Of a DNA stretch of 64,000 nucleotides, positions 37,281-47,561 are shown piece by piece. The DNA is from Candidatus Multivoradales bacterium (lineage in GTDB: Bacteria > Acidobacteriota > Thermoanaerobaculia > Multivoradales > J023): contig CBDFLE010000006.1 in the NCBI GenBank assembly GCA_965248925.1, positions 3,968,001 to 4,032,000 of the forward strand. Reading direction: 5' to 3'. Each line of letters begins with the position of its first letter. Position 1 is the stretch's first letter. The notes under the pieces were generated by a model. It saw only the letters and a program-made list of their open reading frames with translations. It did not search any database and had not been told where the DNA came from. Position numbers and translations under genes: made by a program.

Positions 37281-39006
37281 CGAACCAACGGCGCAGCAAA
37301 TTCCACCCCCACAGCACCAGCGCTAGGCCGAGCAAGCCGAACGCCAGCCAGCGTTCGTGGGGATAGAACAGGGCACCGGCAATCAGCGCGGCGGAGGCGG
37401 CCATGGTATTGCCCAGACCGTCGATGGACTTCTCCATGCGGCGCAGTTGGCGGCGGCTGTCGGGGGCCAGAGAGGCGCGCACCACCAGCCTGCCGCGGCT
37501 CGCTTGGGCGGCCACTTGGCCGAGGTCCGAGGGCAGGCGGGAGAGTCGCTGAGTGTCGACCAGCAGATCGCGCAGGCGCTCGCTCCAACCCGCGGCGAAT
37601 TCTCCGGCCAGGCGCTCGGCGAAAGGCAGGGTTTCGAGCCAGGGGTTGAATTCGGCATCGAGGCCGGTGGTCAGGCCGGTGAGCAGTTCGATGGCCCGGC
37701 CGGTGAACGTCAGGTCGGTCTGGATCTGAATCGGAGTCTCCAGGATCAGCTGTCTGAACTCCAGCAAGAGAGCCGCCGCTTCGCTCTTGACCAGATTGTT
37801 GAGACGGCTGACATCGGCGCCCCAGAATTTGTCGAAGGCTTGTTCGAGGGCCTCTTCGAGCTGTATCAGATCAGCCCCTGGCAGCAGCAGGCCGCTGTCG
37901 ACGCAGGCGCGGATCACCAGGCTGGCGTCGCGGCTGCCGAGGCCGACCAAGAACTTGCGCAAGGACGCGCGCAGGCGTTCCGGGATCTCCGCCACCATGC
38001 CGAAGTCGACGAACACAATCTGAAAAGACGGCTCGCCCGCGTTGCTTCCGGGCAACGGTCGCACGAAGAGGTTGCCGGGATGGGGATCGGCATGCACGAA
38101 ATTGTGCACGAAGACCTGCTCCATATAGACCTGATAGAGCTGCTTGGCGAGTTCTCGCGGGTCGATGCCGGCGGCTTCCAAAGCGGCCGCATCATCTACC
38201 TTGATAAAGGCTACGTTTTCCTCGGTCAGCACTCGGCGGCTGCTGGTCGACCAGTAGATAGAAGGGATGTAGACCCTGGGGTCCTCGGCGAAGCACTCGG
38301 CAAAGCGCTCGGCGTGGGTACCCTCTGATCGCAGATCGAGTTCGCGGCGAGTGGTTTGTTGGAATTCGTCGATCAGCGCATCGAGGTCGACCCGCCGGTG
38401 GACGAAGCGCCAACCCTTGAGCCAGCCGAGAGCCAAACCTACCGCCGCCAAGTCGGTCTCTACCAGCACATCGATGCCCGGTCGGAGCACCTTCAACACC
38501 ACCTCTTCGCCGCTGATCAGCCGCGCCGCATGCACCTGCGCCAGCGATGCCGCACCGAGGGGTTCGCTTTCGACCGCGGCGAAGAGTTCACCCAGCGGGC
38601 CGCCGAGCTCACGTTCGATCTCGGCGGCGATCAGGGCGAAAGAAACCGCCGGCACCTCGTCCTGCAGTCCTTTGAGTTCGCGAGTGACTTCCGATGGCAG
38701 CAGATCGACTCTGGTGCTCAAATACTGCCCCAGTTTGATCAACACGCCGCCCAACTCGACCGCCAAGCCGCGGTAGCGCACCGCGATCCGTCGCCAGCGG
38801 CCCCGCGGATCGCGGCGTAGCCAGCGCAGGCCAGGGCTGCGCATCAAGAAGTCCCAGAACAAGATATGCAGAAAGACCCTGGCGAAGAATCCACGCACCC
38901 GGAGGTAGCGTCGGCGGTCGATGGCGGGGGAAGGCGGATCTGGAGCGACAGCGTCCGGCGGTGCCGTCGAGCGCTCGGGTCGTGGGGGCTGGTCAGGCTG
39001 CGTCAT
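37276..39006 (-). CDS. ABC1/AarF/UbiB-family atypical kinase
   Basis: IKLGQYLSTR, LQDEVP, AASLAQVH, VLKVLRP, HADPHPGN, DFGM. Confidence 0.93.
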   Translation of the reverse strand: MTQPDQPPRPERSTAPPDAVAPDPPSPAIDRRRYLRVRGFFARVFLHILFWDFLMRSPGLRWLRRDPRGRWRRIAVRYRGLAVELGGVLIKLGQYLSTRVDLLPSEVTRELKGLQDEVPAVSFALIAAEIERELGGPLGELFAAVESEPLGAASLAQVHAARLISGEEVVLKVLRPGIDVLVETDLAAVGLALGWLKGWRFVHRRVDLDALIDEFQQTTRRELDLRSEGTHAERFAECFAEDPRVYIPSIYWSTSSRRVLTEENVAFIKVDDAAALEAAGIDPRELAKQLYQVYMEQVFVHNFVHADPHPGNLFVRPLPGSNAGEPSFQIVFVDFGMVAEIPERLRASLRKFLVGLGSRDASLVIRACVDSGLLLPGADLIQLEEALEQAFDKFWGADVSRLNNLVKSEAAALLLEFRQLILETPIQIQTDLTFTGRAIELLTGLTTGLDAEFNPWLETLPFAERLAGEFAAGWSERLRDLLVDTQRLSRLPSDLGQVAAQASRGRLVVRASLAPDSRRQLRRMEKSIDGLGNTMAASAALIAGALFYPHERWLAFGLLGLALVLWGWNLLRRWFG

Positions 39007-39307
39007 CTGCCCGTCTTACCACAAACCCAGGGGGCGGACCGCGGGATCGCCAGCTGGAAGTGTTTGCAAGTTAAGTAGGGGACAAGAGCGTGCGCCACGC
39101 TCGTCGTGCTCTCCGGTTCTCCTGCCTAGGGTTGTCAACCGAAGATTTCACTGGCATAGTCTTTCCCTTCAGAGATTTTTCTCTGTGTGAAACAGTAAAG
39201 CTACAGGGAGATCGACTTAGAATGTGCGATCAGCCAATATGTTGGATACTCAAGGGCAGCTTGGTTCGAAGAGGTTGCGATAATCTCTGGATTTGTGGAG
39301 TTTTGAG

Positions 39308-39793
39308 ATGAGTAGGCGGTCTGGGCTCGCGGAGCCGCGTCAAGATGCCGAATTTCGCCACGCGATCGATGCTTTGTCTGAATACCGTCAGGTCAACAAG
39401 ACTCAGATCGCTCGGGCGGCGGGATTGGCGGTCTCGGGGTTAAAACGTGCTTACTCTGGCAAGGGTTCGATGACCTCGCTTAAGGTAGCGGCCATTTGTC
39501 GGCCCTTTGGGGTCAAGCGATCGGAGTTTTGGAAGTGGGGCGAAGATCGTCATGCGCTGAGTCTCAAGCACACTCTGGAGATGGAGAAACGGCGCTTGCA
39601 ACAAGCCGATCCGGAAGCTATCGACTTGGCGCTGGCCCGCTTGATCGAGGTCGATGCGGAGGTCGGTAAAGACATGCTAATGCGCCACTTGACCCGCCTT
39701 GATGCGGGGTTGGGAGAGGCCATTGCCCGCAGTCTGGAGGAGATCGAGCGCGACGACAGGCTCAGGCGTAGGCCACCGCAGGTTGGCCGCTGA
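39308..39793 (+). CDS. XRE-like HTH protein
   Basis: KTQIARAAGLAVSGLKRAYSG..VAAICRPFGV pattern; helical C-terminus. Confidence 0.6.
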   Translation: MSRRSGLAEPRQDAEFRHAIDALSEYRQVNKTQIARAAGLAVSGLKRAYSGKGSMTSLKVAAICRPFGVKRSEFWKWGEDRHALSLKHTLEMEKRRLQQADPEAIDLALARLIEVDAEVGKDMLMRHLTRLDAGLGEAIARSLEEIERDDRLRRRPPQVGR

Positions 39794-39829
39794 GGGCGGA
39801 TGGTGAGATCGATCCGTTAAGGTTGATGG

Positions 39830-40255
39830 ATGAGTTCGCGCCGGCCGACAGGATTTTTCAGCACCGTTCGCTTTTTCAGCATCACTCTGTGGCGCGGCTT
39901 GCGTCGCCGCTGTCCCCATTGTGGTCACCAGACTCTCTTTCGCAACTGGTTCTCCATCCATGAGAGCTGCTCCCACTGCTCCCTGCGATTCGAGGAGTCT
40001 CCCGGCGATATCTGGGGTTTTTGGCTGATTGGCGATCGGGTCTTTCTGGGCTTGCTGATCCTGGCGCTCTTTGTGGTTTTTCAGCCCAGAGAATGGCCTC
40101 TCGGGGGCCTATTGATGGTCATGACCTTGGTGCCCCTGCTGGGGACCATGCCGCATCGATTGGGCTTCTGTCTGGCGCTCGACTATCTTTCGCGGGTCTA
40201 TCTGCATAGCGGTAGGCTGCCGCCAGCTGTCGGCGAGGATTCGGCCGAAGGATGA
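39830..40255 (+). CDS. DUF983-like membrane protein
   Basis: RGLRRRCPHCG..LF..CSHC plus two TM helices. Confidence 0.8.
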   Translation: MSSRRPTGFFSTVRFFSITLWRGLRRRCPHCGHQTLFRNWFSIHESCSHCSLRFEESPGDIWGFWLIGDRVFLGLLILALFVVFQPREWPLGGLLMVMTLVPLLGTMPHRLGFCLALDYLSRVYLHSGRLPPAVGEDSAEG

Positions 40256-40302
40256 AGGGCGTTGACCCTCCAATCGAACCTCTGTAGCCTGCTCCCTCGA
40301 AG

Positions 40303-41193
40303 ATGCCCCGAACCGAGATTCCAGCGATCGAATTCAGTGTCGTCGTGCCCTGCTTCAATGAGCGTGACGCAGTGCGCCAGACTGTGCGTGCCCTCGAAGA
40401 GGGGCTCGCGGGTCACGGCGAATACGAGCTGATCTTCGTCGACGATGGCTCCACCGATGGCACCGGCGAAGAGCTTGATCAAGCGGTTGCCGAACACCCG
40501 CGGTTGCGGGTCTTCCATCACCCTGCCAACCGAGGCTACGGCGCCGCCCTCAAGACCGGCCTGCGGCGCGCGGCGAGCGACACGGTGGTGATCACCGATG
40601 CCGATGGCACCTATCCCAACGAGCGCATCCCGGATCTGCTGGCGCAGCTAGGCGAAGCCGACATGGTGGTCGGCGCGCGACTTGGCGCCGAGGCTCCGCA
40701 AGCCTTGCCCCGGCGCTTTGCCAAGTGGTTCTTAGAGCGTTATATGGCCTGGTTGGCGGCGCAGCCAATTCCTGACATGAACTCCGGGCTGCGCGTTTTC
40801 CGCCGTTCCTTGGCCGAGCGATTCATCAACATCTTGCCCGACGGATTTAGTTTCACCACCACCATCACTCTGGCGATGATGACCAACGGTTTCGTCGTCG
40901 ACTACCTGCCGATCTCCTATGCCCGGCGGGTCGGCCGCTCAAAGATCCAACCCATCCGCGACACCCTGCGGTTCATCCAACTGATCGTCCGAACCGGCAT
41001 GTACTTCGCTCCGCTGCGGGTGCTCGCCCCGGTTCTGGTGTTGCTCGCCCTGATCACCTTTGCGGCCCTGGGCTACGATATCTGGGTGCTGCACAACCTC
41101 ACCGACAAGTCGATCCTGCTGCTGCTAGCGACCCTCAACACCGCCATGTTCGCCCTGCTGGCGGACATGATCGACAAGCGGCTGGGGCGCTAG
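40303..41193 (+). CDS. GT2 glycosyltransferase (DPM1-like)
   Basis: VVVPCFNE, VDDGSTD, NRGYGAA, DADGTY, DMNSGLR, C-terminal TM helices. Confidence 0.92.
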   Translation: MPRTEIPAIEFSVVVPCFNERDAVRQTVRALEEGLAGHGEYELIFVDDGSTDGTGEELDQAVAEHPRLRVFHHPANRGYGAALKTGLRRAASDTVVITDADGTYPNERIPDLLAQLGEADMVVGARLGAEAPQALPRRFAKWFLERYMAWLAAQPIPDMNSGLRVFRRSLAERFINILPDGFSFTTTITLAMMTNGFVVDYLPISYARRVGRSKIQPIRDTLRFIQLIVRTGMYFAPLRVLAPVLVLLALITFAALGYDIWVLHNLTDKSILLLLATLNTAMFALLADMIDKRLGR

Positions 41194-41205
41194 GGGCCTA
41201 AGCTG

Positions 41206-42369
41206 TTGGATCATCCCAATATCGCCAAAGTGTTCGATGCTGGCGCTACTGAAAAGGGACGTTCGTTTTTTGTTTTGGAGTTGGTCGCGGGAGAGGCGAT
41301 CACCCGCTACTGCGATCGACACCAACTGTCGCCGGAGCAGGCCGAACGGGTCCTCGATATCGATGGCAGAACCGATATCTACTCTCTGGGAGTAGTGCTC
41401 TACGAACTGCTTGCCGGTTGTTTGCCAGTCGATGGTGGCGAGCTACGCTCTAGATCGGTGCGGCGCTTGGGGGAAGTGTTTCAAGCCACTGGACCGCCGG
41501 TTCCGAGCAGCCGGATGAGTGGCCAAGACAAGCTGACGTCGACAATTGCCGCGGACCGTCGGACACAGCCTGCCGCTTTGCGCCGGGAGTTGCGCGGCGA
41601 TCTCGATTGGATCGCTATGAAGGCGCTGGAAAGGGACCGTGAGCGCCGCCTTGACGGCGCCTCGGAGCTGGCTGAAGAAATCGCTCGCCACTCGCGCCAT
41701 CAGCCGGTGCTGGCCGGACCGCCGACCTTCGTCTGTCGGACCAGCAAGTTCCTGCGCCGCCATCGGCTCGGCGTGACGGTGGCGGCCAGCATTCTGGCGC
41801 TGCTGCTGACTTTCACCGTGCTCATCGCCAGGCATTCGATCGAGTTAGGGTGGGCGTTGGAACAGAGTGAACGGGAGACGCGCAAAGCAGCCGAGGTATC
41901 GAGCTTTCTCTCCGCGTTATTCGCGGTGGTCGATCCGGCTGAGTCCCGCGGCGGTAGCCTCGAATTGCGGCGGTAGCAGCTCGGCGAGGAGCAGGTGACT
42001 CGAGCTATCACTTTGCTGAATCTCGGCGTGCTCAAACGGCAGACCGGCCGGCACAAAGAAGCCGAAGGCTTCTATCGTCAGGCCCTCCACCTAGAGCAGC
42101 GCTTGCTAGGACTCGATCATCCGACGGTCGCCATTCCGCATCACAATCTGGCGACCTTGTTGCGTCGGCAGGGGCGGATCGAGGAGGCCGAAGCCGAGAT
42201 ACGGCGAGCGGTCGAGATCCTGCGGGCTGCCCATGGACCAACACATCCCCACGTCGCCCGCTCGCAAGCGGCGCTCGGCAAGAGCGTACTCACAGCTGGC
42301 CGGCCGCTAGAGGCGGAGATTCTGCTGTGCCGGGCAGAGCGAGTGTTGGGCAGTTCGCTGCCTGCGTAG
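41206..42369 (+). pseudogene. Collapsed Ser/Thr kinase-TM-TPR gene
   Basis: HPNIAKVFDAG..RHQL is joined directly to SPEQA, so HRD and DFG are missing; LRGDLDWIAMKAL; stop at 41976; TPR remnants follow (LGLDHPTVA, HGPTHPHVA). Confidence 0.85.
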
Positions 42370-42540
42370 ACCTCGTGGACCAAGGCGGTGGGTTGCAGGG
42401 TTGAGGCCCGGGCGTTCCCTGGCCACCCGCCCGCTGGCGATGCGGCGCAGTTCTGAATAGACCAGCGGTAGGAACTCTTCCGCAGCTTCGGAATCGCCAT
42501 CACTGATGGCGTTGAGTAGTTGGGTTGTGTGTCCTGACAT
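42366..42540 (-). pseudogene. N-terminal fragment of an ECF sigma factor (TIGR02999-like), frameshifted and truncated
   Basis: [27 protein letters not shown], then [12 protein letters not shown] in another frame. Confidence 0.85.
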
Positions 42541-43002
42541 TGATCATGCCTTGCGTGCTTGTGGCGAGAGCCAACGCGACTTGAAGTATCGCAGATTCGG
42601 CCACGCTCTAGTGTTGCCGCCGTTCAGCGTTACGAACGCAATTTCGGTTGCCTAGATCTTCCGCTCCGGCTTCGAGCCTGGCGCAATGCGTGACGATTTA
42701 GCGCCGCTGTTCTTGAGCCGCAGCTAGTTCGAGTGTTGTAGTCGCCAACTGGCGTCAGGCTCTGTATTGCCACTGTCGAGCAACAGATGCTGAGCTTTTT
42801 CCCGGTGCATCTGGCTGAGGTCTGGGCGCGATGGACAAGGAAGAGGCAATTTGAGCAGGGCACCTGCCGACCACCTCGGGTGACCCGGGTGGTCCGTAGG
42901 TGGTCTGGGCTCCTGAGCCACCAACTGCAAGGTGTGCCGACACTCGCTGTGCTTCGTCTGCACTCCAGAGACTGATATTTATTGGCCAAGCAGTGGGGTG
43001 GC

Positions 43003-44994
43003 TCACCGGTCTGGGCTCGAAGGTGCTGGCTCGGGCCACCAGGGGGGTATTTTGCCAAGGTTTGCGAGGAATCGCGGATCGTCTCGCAGCGAGTCGAAAG
43101 CCGGGCTCTTCAGCGAGTGGGGCAACCAGAGATTTTGCTCCTGAGCAGCTCTTGCCAACCAATCGAGCCCTTCCTCCGTTCGGCCTGCTCCGGAGTATGC
43201 CGCGGCAACCCAGGTTGGGTACCCGGGGTCTCGTTGCCTTCTGGAGAGCAGAACCTGCAGCTCCCAGGCGTAGTAGCCGATCATTCCTTTCTCTTGGGTT
43301 GAGCGCCTGAGTTCGGCGATCTGCCGACTGTCGAGTCTCTCTCGCTCTACGGCCGAACCGACCAGAATCTCAAGAGACTGCTCCTCTTCTCCCAAGCGAG
43401 CGAAGGCCCAAGCCTTTTCACGAGCGATCCACTGGAATCTACCGCCGAGCGCCTCCGCGTCTTGGAAGCGGCTCAGCGCTCGTCGGTAGCTCCCGGCGGC
43501 GTTCAGGCGCTGGCCGGCCGCAGCGTGGATCAGTGGCGACAGCGGGTCGAGTTCGAGGGCGGTTTCGATCTCGCGTAGCGCCTCTTGGTGTCGGCCGATG
43601 AGCGAAAGCAGCTCCGAGTACCACTGGTGAGCGGTGCCGTAGCTCCGCTCGAGCTCGATGGCGCGCCGATAGGCAGTCTCGGAGCCCGACCAGTCGTGAT
43701 CGCGCTGGAGCCGAAGCAAGCCCAGCGCGGCATGCGTCGGAGCGAACCCCGGGTCCAGCTCGATCGCCTTGCTGATCGCTGCCTCCGCTCCAGCGTAAGC
43801 CGCGTCCTCGGGTCGGCCGAGATAGGAGTTGCCCAGCAGGTGGGCAATTGCCAACGCTGCCCAAGCTGGCGCAAAGCCTGAGTCGAGTTCAACGGCGCGC
43901 TCCAGCAAATCGAGCCCGCGAGCGAGTTCCCTTCGCTGCTGAATCACTTGGTGGCCCTGCAAGTAGGCGCGATAGGCCTCGGGATTGATCGGGTCTTCGC
44001 GGGTCAGCCGATTTGCTTCGGCAGGACTGAGCTTGGTGCGGGTCAGGTCGGCAACGTCCTTGGCGACTTCGCGCTGAAGTTCCAGCACTTCGGAGAAGCG
44101 TCGATCGTAGCTGCGGCTTAAGACGTGTTCGTCCAGATCGGGACGAATCAACTGAGCTGTGATCCGCAAACGTTGATCGACCACCAACACCGAACCCTCG
44201 AGCAGGTAGTCGACGCCCAGTGCTTGGGCGATCTCCGATGCCAGGGCGTCTGAGTCGCGGAAACGCATTGACGAGGCGGGCGAAACGACTCTCAACCCGG
44301 AAAAACCGGCGAGTTGGTGGATCAGCTCCGCCGTAAGTCCGGTGGCGATATAGGCGATCTCTGGGTCCGGTGAGAGGTTCTTGAAGGGCAGGACGGCGAT
44401 ACCGGGTCGCCGGAGTATCTCGACTGCGCCAGCCGAAGCCGGATTGGCGTTCCGAGCCAGCCGTTCACTACCCCATCTGCCCAGCCACAGAGCCATCAAA
44501 GCGAGCAGGATGGCCAGGACGATTGGCATCTGCCAGCGCCTGAGTCTGCTGTGGGACCACCCCTGGGTCTCCGGGTTTGCTTTGGAGTTCGCTATCGGCG
44601 ATATCCCTGACTTGCTGGAGTGAGGTTGCACCGGAGCTATCAGCCGGTAGCCCCGCCGCGGGAGGGTCTCGATGTAGCTCGGTTCCTGGGCGTTGTCCCC
44701 GAGCGCCTGGCGCAGCAGTGACATCGCGCGACTGAGGGTCTCGTCCACCACCGCCCGCCCTTCCCAGACCTCGTCGAGAATCTCGGCCCGTGAGATCACC
44801 TCGGACGGCCGTTCGGCGAGGAAGATCAGCAGGCGCATCGCCATCGGCTCAAGCTGGCGAACGTCGGAGCCTCGCAGCAGCCGTGAGTCCTCCGGCACGG
44901 CGAGCCAATCGCCGATCTCGAACGACGAGCAATCCACTGGCGGCCTGTGGCCCAAGATCGAAGTTTCTGGGGATGATGCCGGTCCTAAGCTCAT
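43003..44994 (-). CDS. CadC/ToxR-like winged-helix regulator with TM helix, TolB-like domain and TPRs (start uncertain)
   Basis: LEPMAMRLL..LRQALGDNAQEPSYIETLPRRGYR; IAVLPFKNLS; LEGSV; ALELDP repeats; FDSLRDDPRF. Confidence 0.88.
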   Translation of the reverse strand: MSLGPASSPETSILGHRPPVDCSSFEIGDWLAVPEDSRLLRGSDVRQLEPMAMRLLIFLAERPSEVISRAEILDEVWEGRAVVDETLSRAMSLLRQALGDNAQEPSYIETLPRRGYRLIAPVQPHSSKSGISPIANSKANPETQGWSHSRLRRWQMPIVLAILLALMALWLGRWGSERLARNANPASAGAVEILRRPGIAVLPFKNLSPDPEIAYIATGLTAELIHQLAGFSGLRVVSPASSMRFRDSDALASEIAQALGVDYLLEGSVLVVDQRLRITAQLIRPDLDEHVLSRSYDRRFSEVLELQREVAKDVADLTRTKLSPAEANRLTREDPINPEAYRAYLQGHQVIQQRRELARGLDLLERAVELDSGFAPAWAALAIAHLLGNSYLGRPEDAAYAGAEAAISKAIELDPGFAPTHAALGLLRLQRDHDWSGSETAYRRAIELERSYGTAHQWYSELLSLIGRHQEALREIETALELDPLSPLIHAAAGQRLNAAGSYRRALSRFQDAEALGGRFQWIAREKAWAFARLGEEEQSLEILVGSAVERERLDSRQIAELRRSTQEKGMIGYYAWELQVLLSRRQRDPGYPTWVAAAYSGAGRTEEGLDWLARAAQEQNLWLPHSLKSPAFDSLRDDPRFLANLGKIPPWWPEPAPSSPDR

Positions 44995-45001
44995 CCTAAG
45001 C
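44983..45001. promoter_or_regulatory. Direct repeat TCCTAAGC-N3-TCCTAAGC, putative wHTH operator
   Basis: Perfect 8-mer with an 11-bp period at the divergent junction of the regulator and the FG-GAP gene. Confidence 0.45.
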
Positions 45002-45116
45002 CAACCCTTTTCACTTTGTCAGGACACCATCGCCACGGATCGCCAAGCATGGGAACCGTCGCACCGACTCTCTCTGCCTGAGAGTATATCGTCTGTTAAC
45101 AATAGGGAGTCCGATC

Positions 45117-46736
45117 ATGTTTCCTCTTCACTCCGGTACCTGGATCTCTTCTTCACCAGGACCAGCCAACGCCTCGGCCAGAGTAGCTCTCGCAATCGGC
45201 CTCGTGCTCGCGTTTGGTGTGGCGGCCAATCCGGCTAGGGCGCAACTCGATATCCCAGGATTCTCGTTTCACGGTGGTTTTGGCGAAGGTCGGATGGGTA
45301 GTGCCGTCGCGGTGGGAGATTTCAATGGTGACGGGTTTGACGACCTGGCGGTCGGCATGCCCAATTTCACTTTCAGCAACTCGCCCGGCCCCGGAGCTTT
45401 GTACATGCTCTACGGCGGGCCGGGAGACTGGTCCCTGATCGAGATCGTCACGCCGGAGGAGTTGGGCAGTTTCGGTGAGCTGGGCGCTCAATTTGCCGCA
45501 GCTTTGGCTGCTGGAGACTTCGACAACGACGGCCATGACGACCTGGCAATAGGTGTTCCGAACCGCACGGTCAGCAGCCAGTTTGCCGCTGGCCAGGTCG
45601 TCGTGGTGTACGGCAGTCCGCAGAACCTTGACCTCGACAGCGCTCAGTTCATCAGCCAGAACTCAATTTCAGGTCTTGCAGAAGTCGGCGATCAATTCGG
45701 CTCTAGTCTGGCGGCGGGCGACCTTTCCGCCGATGGTGTCGATGACCTCGCCATCGGAGTCCACCTGGAGGATCTCCCGGGCGATCTTGGATCGCAGGAG
45801 GATGCCGGAGCGGTCAACGTGCTCTACGGTTTCCAAGACGTCGGCCTGGTTAGCCCCGGTAACCGAATCCTTCATGAAGACAGCCCAGGGGTGAGTCTTA
45901 ACGCGAATGCCGGAGAGCACTTCGGCTACGCGCTCGCCATCGGCCAGTTCACCGGCAACTCGTTCCCCGATCTGGCGGTCGGAGTACCGGGCGAGATCGT
46001 GCTCGGCCCCGGTGCGAAAGGCGCCGTGGTGATTTTTCCCGGCGCGCCCGGTGGCATCGATCCGGTCACCGGGATCGAAGCGTTCTTCAGCCAAGAGACT
46101 CCAGGAATCCTCGGCACCGCGGAAGAAGGCGACAGCTTCGGGTTTGCGCTCGCATCGGGCAACTTTGACGGCGATCTGTGGACGGATCTTGCCATCGGCG
46201 TACCTGGCGAGAGCGAGCTCGGGGCATCCAACTCCGGCGCCGTACAGATTCTCTACGGCGGGCCGATCGGAATCACGGCATTCGGCGATCAGTTCATCGT
46301 CGAGAGCAGTTTCGACACGGATGTGGATCCCTTCGATCGCTTGGGCGTCGCTTTGGCGGCTGGAGACTTCAATGCCGACGGTCGAGACGACTTGGCGATC
46401 GGCGCGCCCTTAGACAATTCGCTCGGCTCTCAGAACTCTGGTGAGGTCGATGTGCTCTACGGCACCGCCAACGGCCTGACGATCGCTGGCGGACAAGTCT
46501 TCAACATGATCTTCTTCGACACCCTGGAGATGGAAGACCTCTTCGGCTCGGCTCTTGCCACGGGGCGCTTCTTCCATCGCTCATCCAAAAGCCAGGATCT
46601 AGCCGTTGGCGTTCCAGGATGGGGTGAGCCCATCGGTGCCGATCCGGGCGCCATCTTGGTAATTCGCAGCCGGTCGATTTTTGCGGATGGATTCGAAACC
46701 GGCGACTTTTCACGTTGGGACATCAGCGTTCCCTGA
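45117..46736 (+). CDS. Secreted FG-GAP (integrin-alpha-like beta-propeller) protein with C-terminal FADGFE motif
   Basis: Seven FGxxLAxGDFxxDGxDDLAxGxP repeats; signal ending ARA-Q; ends IFADGFETGDFSRW. Confidence 0.92.
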   Translation: MFPLHSGTWISSSPGPANASARVALAIGLVLAFGVAANPARAQLDIPGFSFHGGFGEGRMGSAVAVGDFNGDGFDDLAVGMPNFTFSNSPGPGALYMLYGGPGDWSLIEIVTPEELGSFGELGAQFAAALAAGDFDNDGHDDLAIGVPNRTVSSQFAAGQVVVVYGSPQNLDLDSAQFISQNSISGLAEVGDQFGSSLAAGDLSADGVDDLAIGVHLEDLPGDLGSQEDAGAVNVLYGFQDVGLVSPGNRILHEDSPGVSLNANAGEHFGYALAIGQFTGNSFPDLAVGVPGEIVLGPGAKGAVVIFPGAPGGIDPVTGIEAFFSQETPGILGTAEEGDSFGFALASGNFDGDLWTDLAIGVPGESELGASNSGAVQILYGGPIGITAFGDQFIVESSFDTDVDPFDRLGVALAAGDFNADGRDDLAIGAPLDNSLGSQNSGEVDVLYGTANGLTIAGGQVFNMIFFDTLEMEDLFGSALATGRFFHRSSKSQDLAVGVPGWGEPIGADPGAILVIRSRSIFADGFETGDFSRWDISVP

Positions 46737-46800
46737 GAGGCGGCCGTCCGGGCGAGTGGCAAACCAGGGCCGCAGTGCATCGAAGCCCTCACCCCAGGGC

Positions 46801-47250
46801 AAACCCCTAGAGGGGATTTGGCGTGACCGCAGTCTCGAGTACGAAGCCCACCGCCGTGAGCAGGAGGCCGGCTCTGAGACCTTCACCAAACGCCATTCCC
46901 TGCGGCTGGATCCGCTGCCCTGCTGGCGGCACCTGCCGTCTGATGAGATTCGCCGGCGTCTTACCGAGATGGTCGCGGAGATCGATGCTGAAAGCGCCCG
47001 ACGGTTGGTACTCGGCGGCTCCGCGCCCCTGGGTGCGGCAGCGATCCGCAACCAGCACCCACACCAGCGGCTTGCTCGCGGCAAGAAATCTCCGGCGTCA
47101 GCTGCCCATGCAGCATCGAAAGCGGTCCGCAAGCAGTTGAAGGAAGCCTACCGCCTCTTCGTCGAGGCATATCGGCAGGCGGCCGTCCGCTTGCGGTCGG
47201 GCAACTACTCGGTAGAGTTTCCGCAGAGCTGTGTTCCGCCCCCACGGCCC
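46801..47250 (+). pseudogene. C-terminal remnant of a Y1/RAYT-like transposase
   Basis: LDPLPCW..LGAAAI..KKSPA..AYRLFVEAYRQAAVRLRSG..VEFP resembles, from memory, the tail of a Y1-type transposase family; no HUH domain present. Confidence 0.5.
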
Positions 47251-47561
47251 TGTGTTTCGAGCGTCCTTGAGCAGCCAGGAAGTAGGGAGGACCGATCCGG
47301 GTGCCTGGATAGGCTGCGACTTCACGAGGGTCTCTGCTACCAAGAGAGATCGCAAACCATCGGACTTACCTTCTCAATCAACAGGGGAGGTGTGTCCTGA
47401 TTGCACCCGAAAGCAATGACGAGCGATCGGCAGACTTGCTCGATGGTCGCTGCTAGGCCAAAGACCACGATTCCTCGTCGATGGACGCCCGACCCTCTGT
47501 GCCAATGTAGGTGAGACACTCCCGTACCGATAAATTAGTGAGGGCGTGGAGAGCAAACACC

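Noticed and set aside
36519-37649. 376-aa ORF as an intact adenylate cyclase
   Set aside because: The domains are incomplete, and the last ~120 codons are antisense read-through into the ABC1 kinase gene.
39151-39167. Sigma54-like CTGGCATAGTCTTTCCC
   Set aside because: The -12 element is CC rather than GC, and no enhancer repeats are visible.
42600-43000. ORFs 42630-43058, 42724-42963 and 42755-43162
   Set aside because: No recognisable motifs or coding character; probably decayed sequence.
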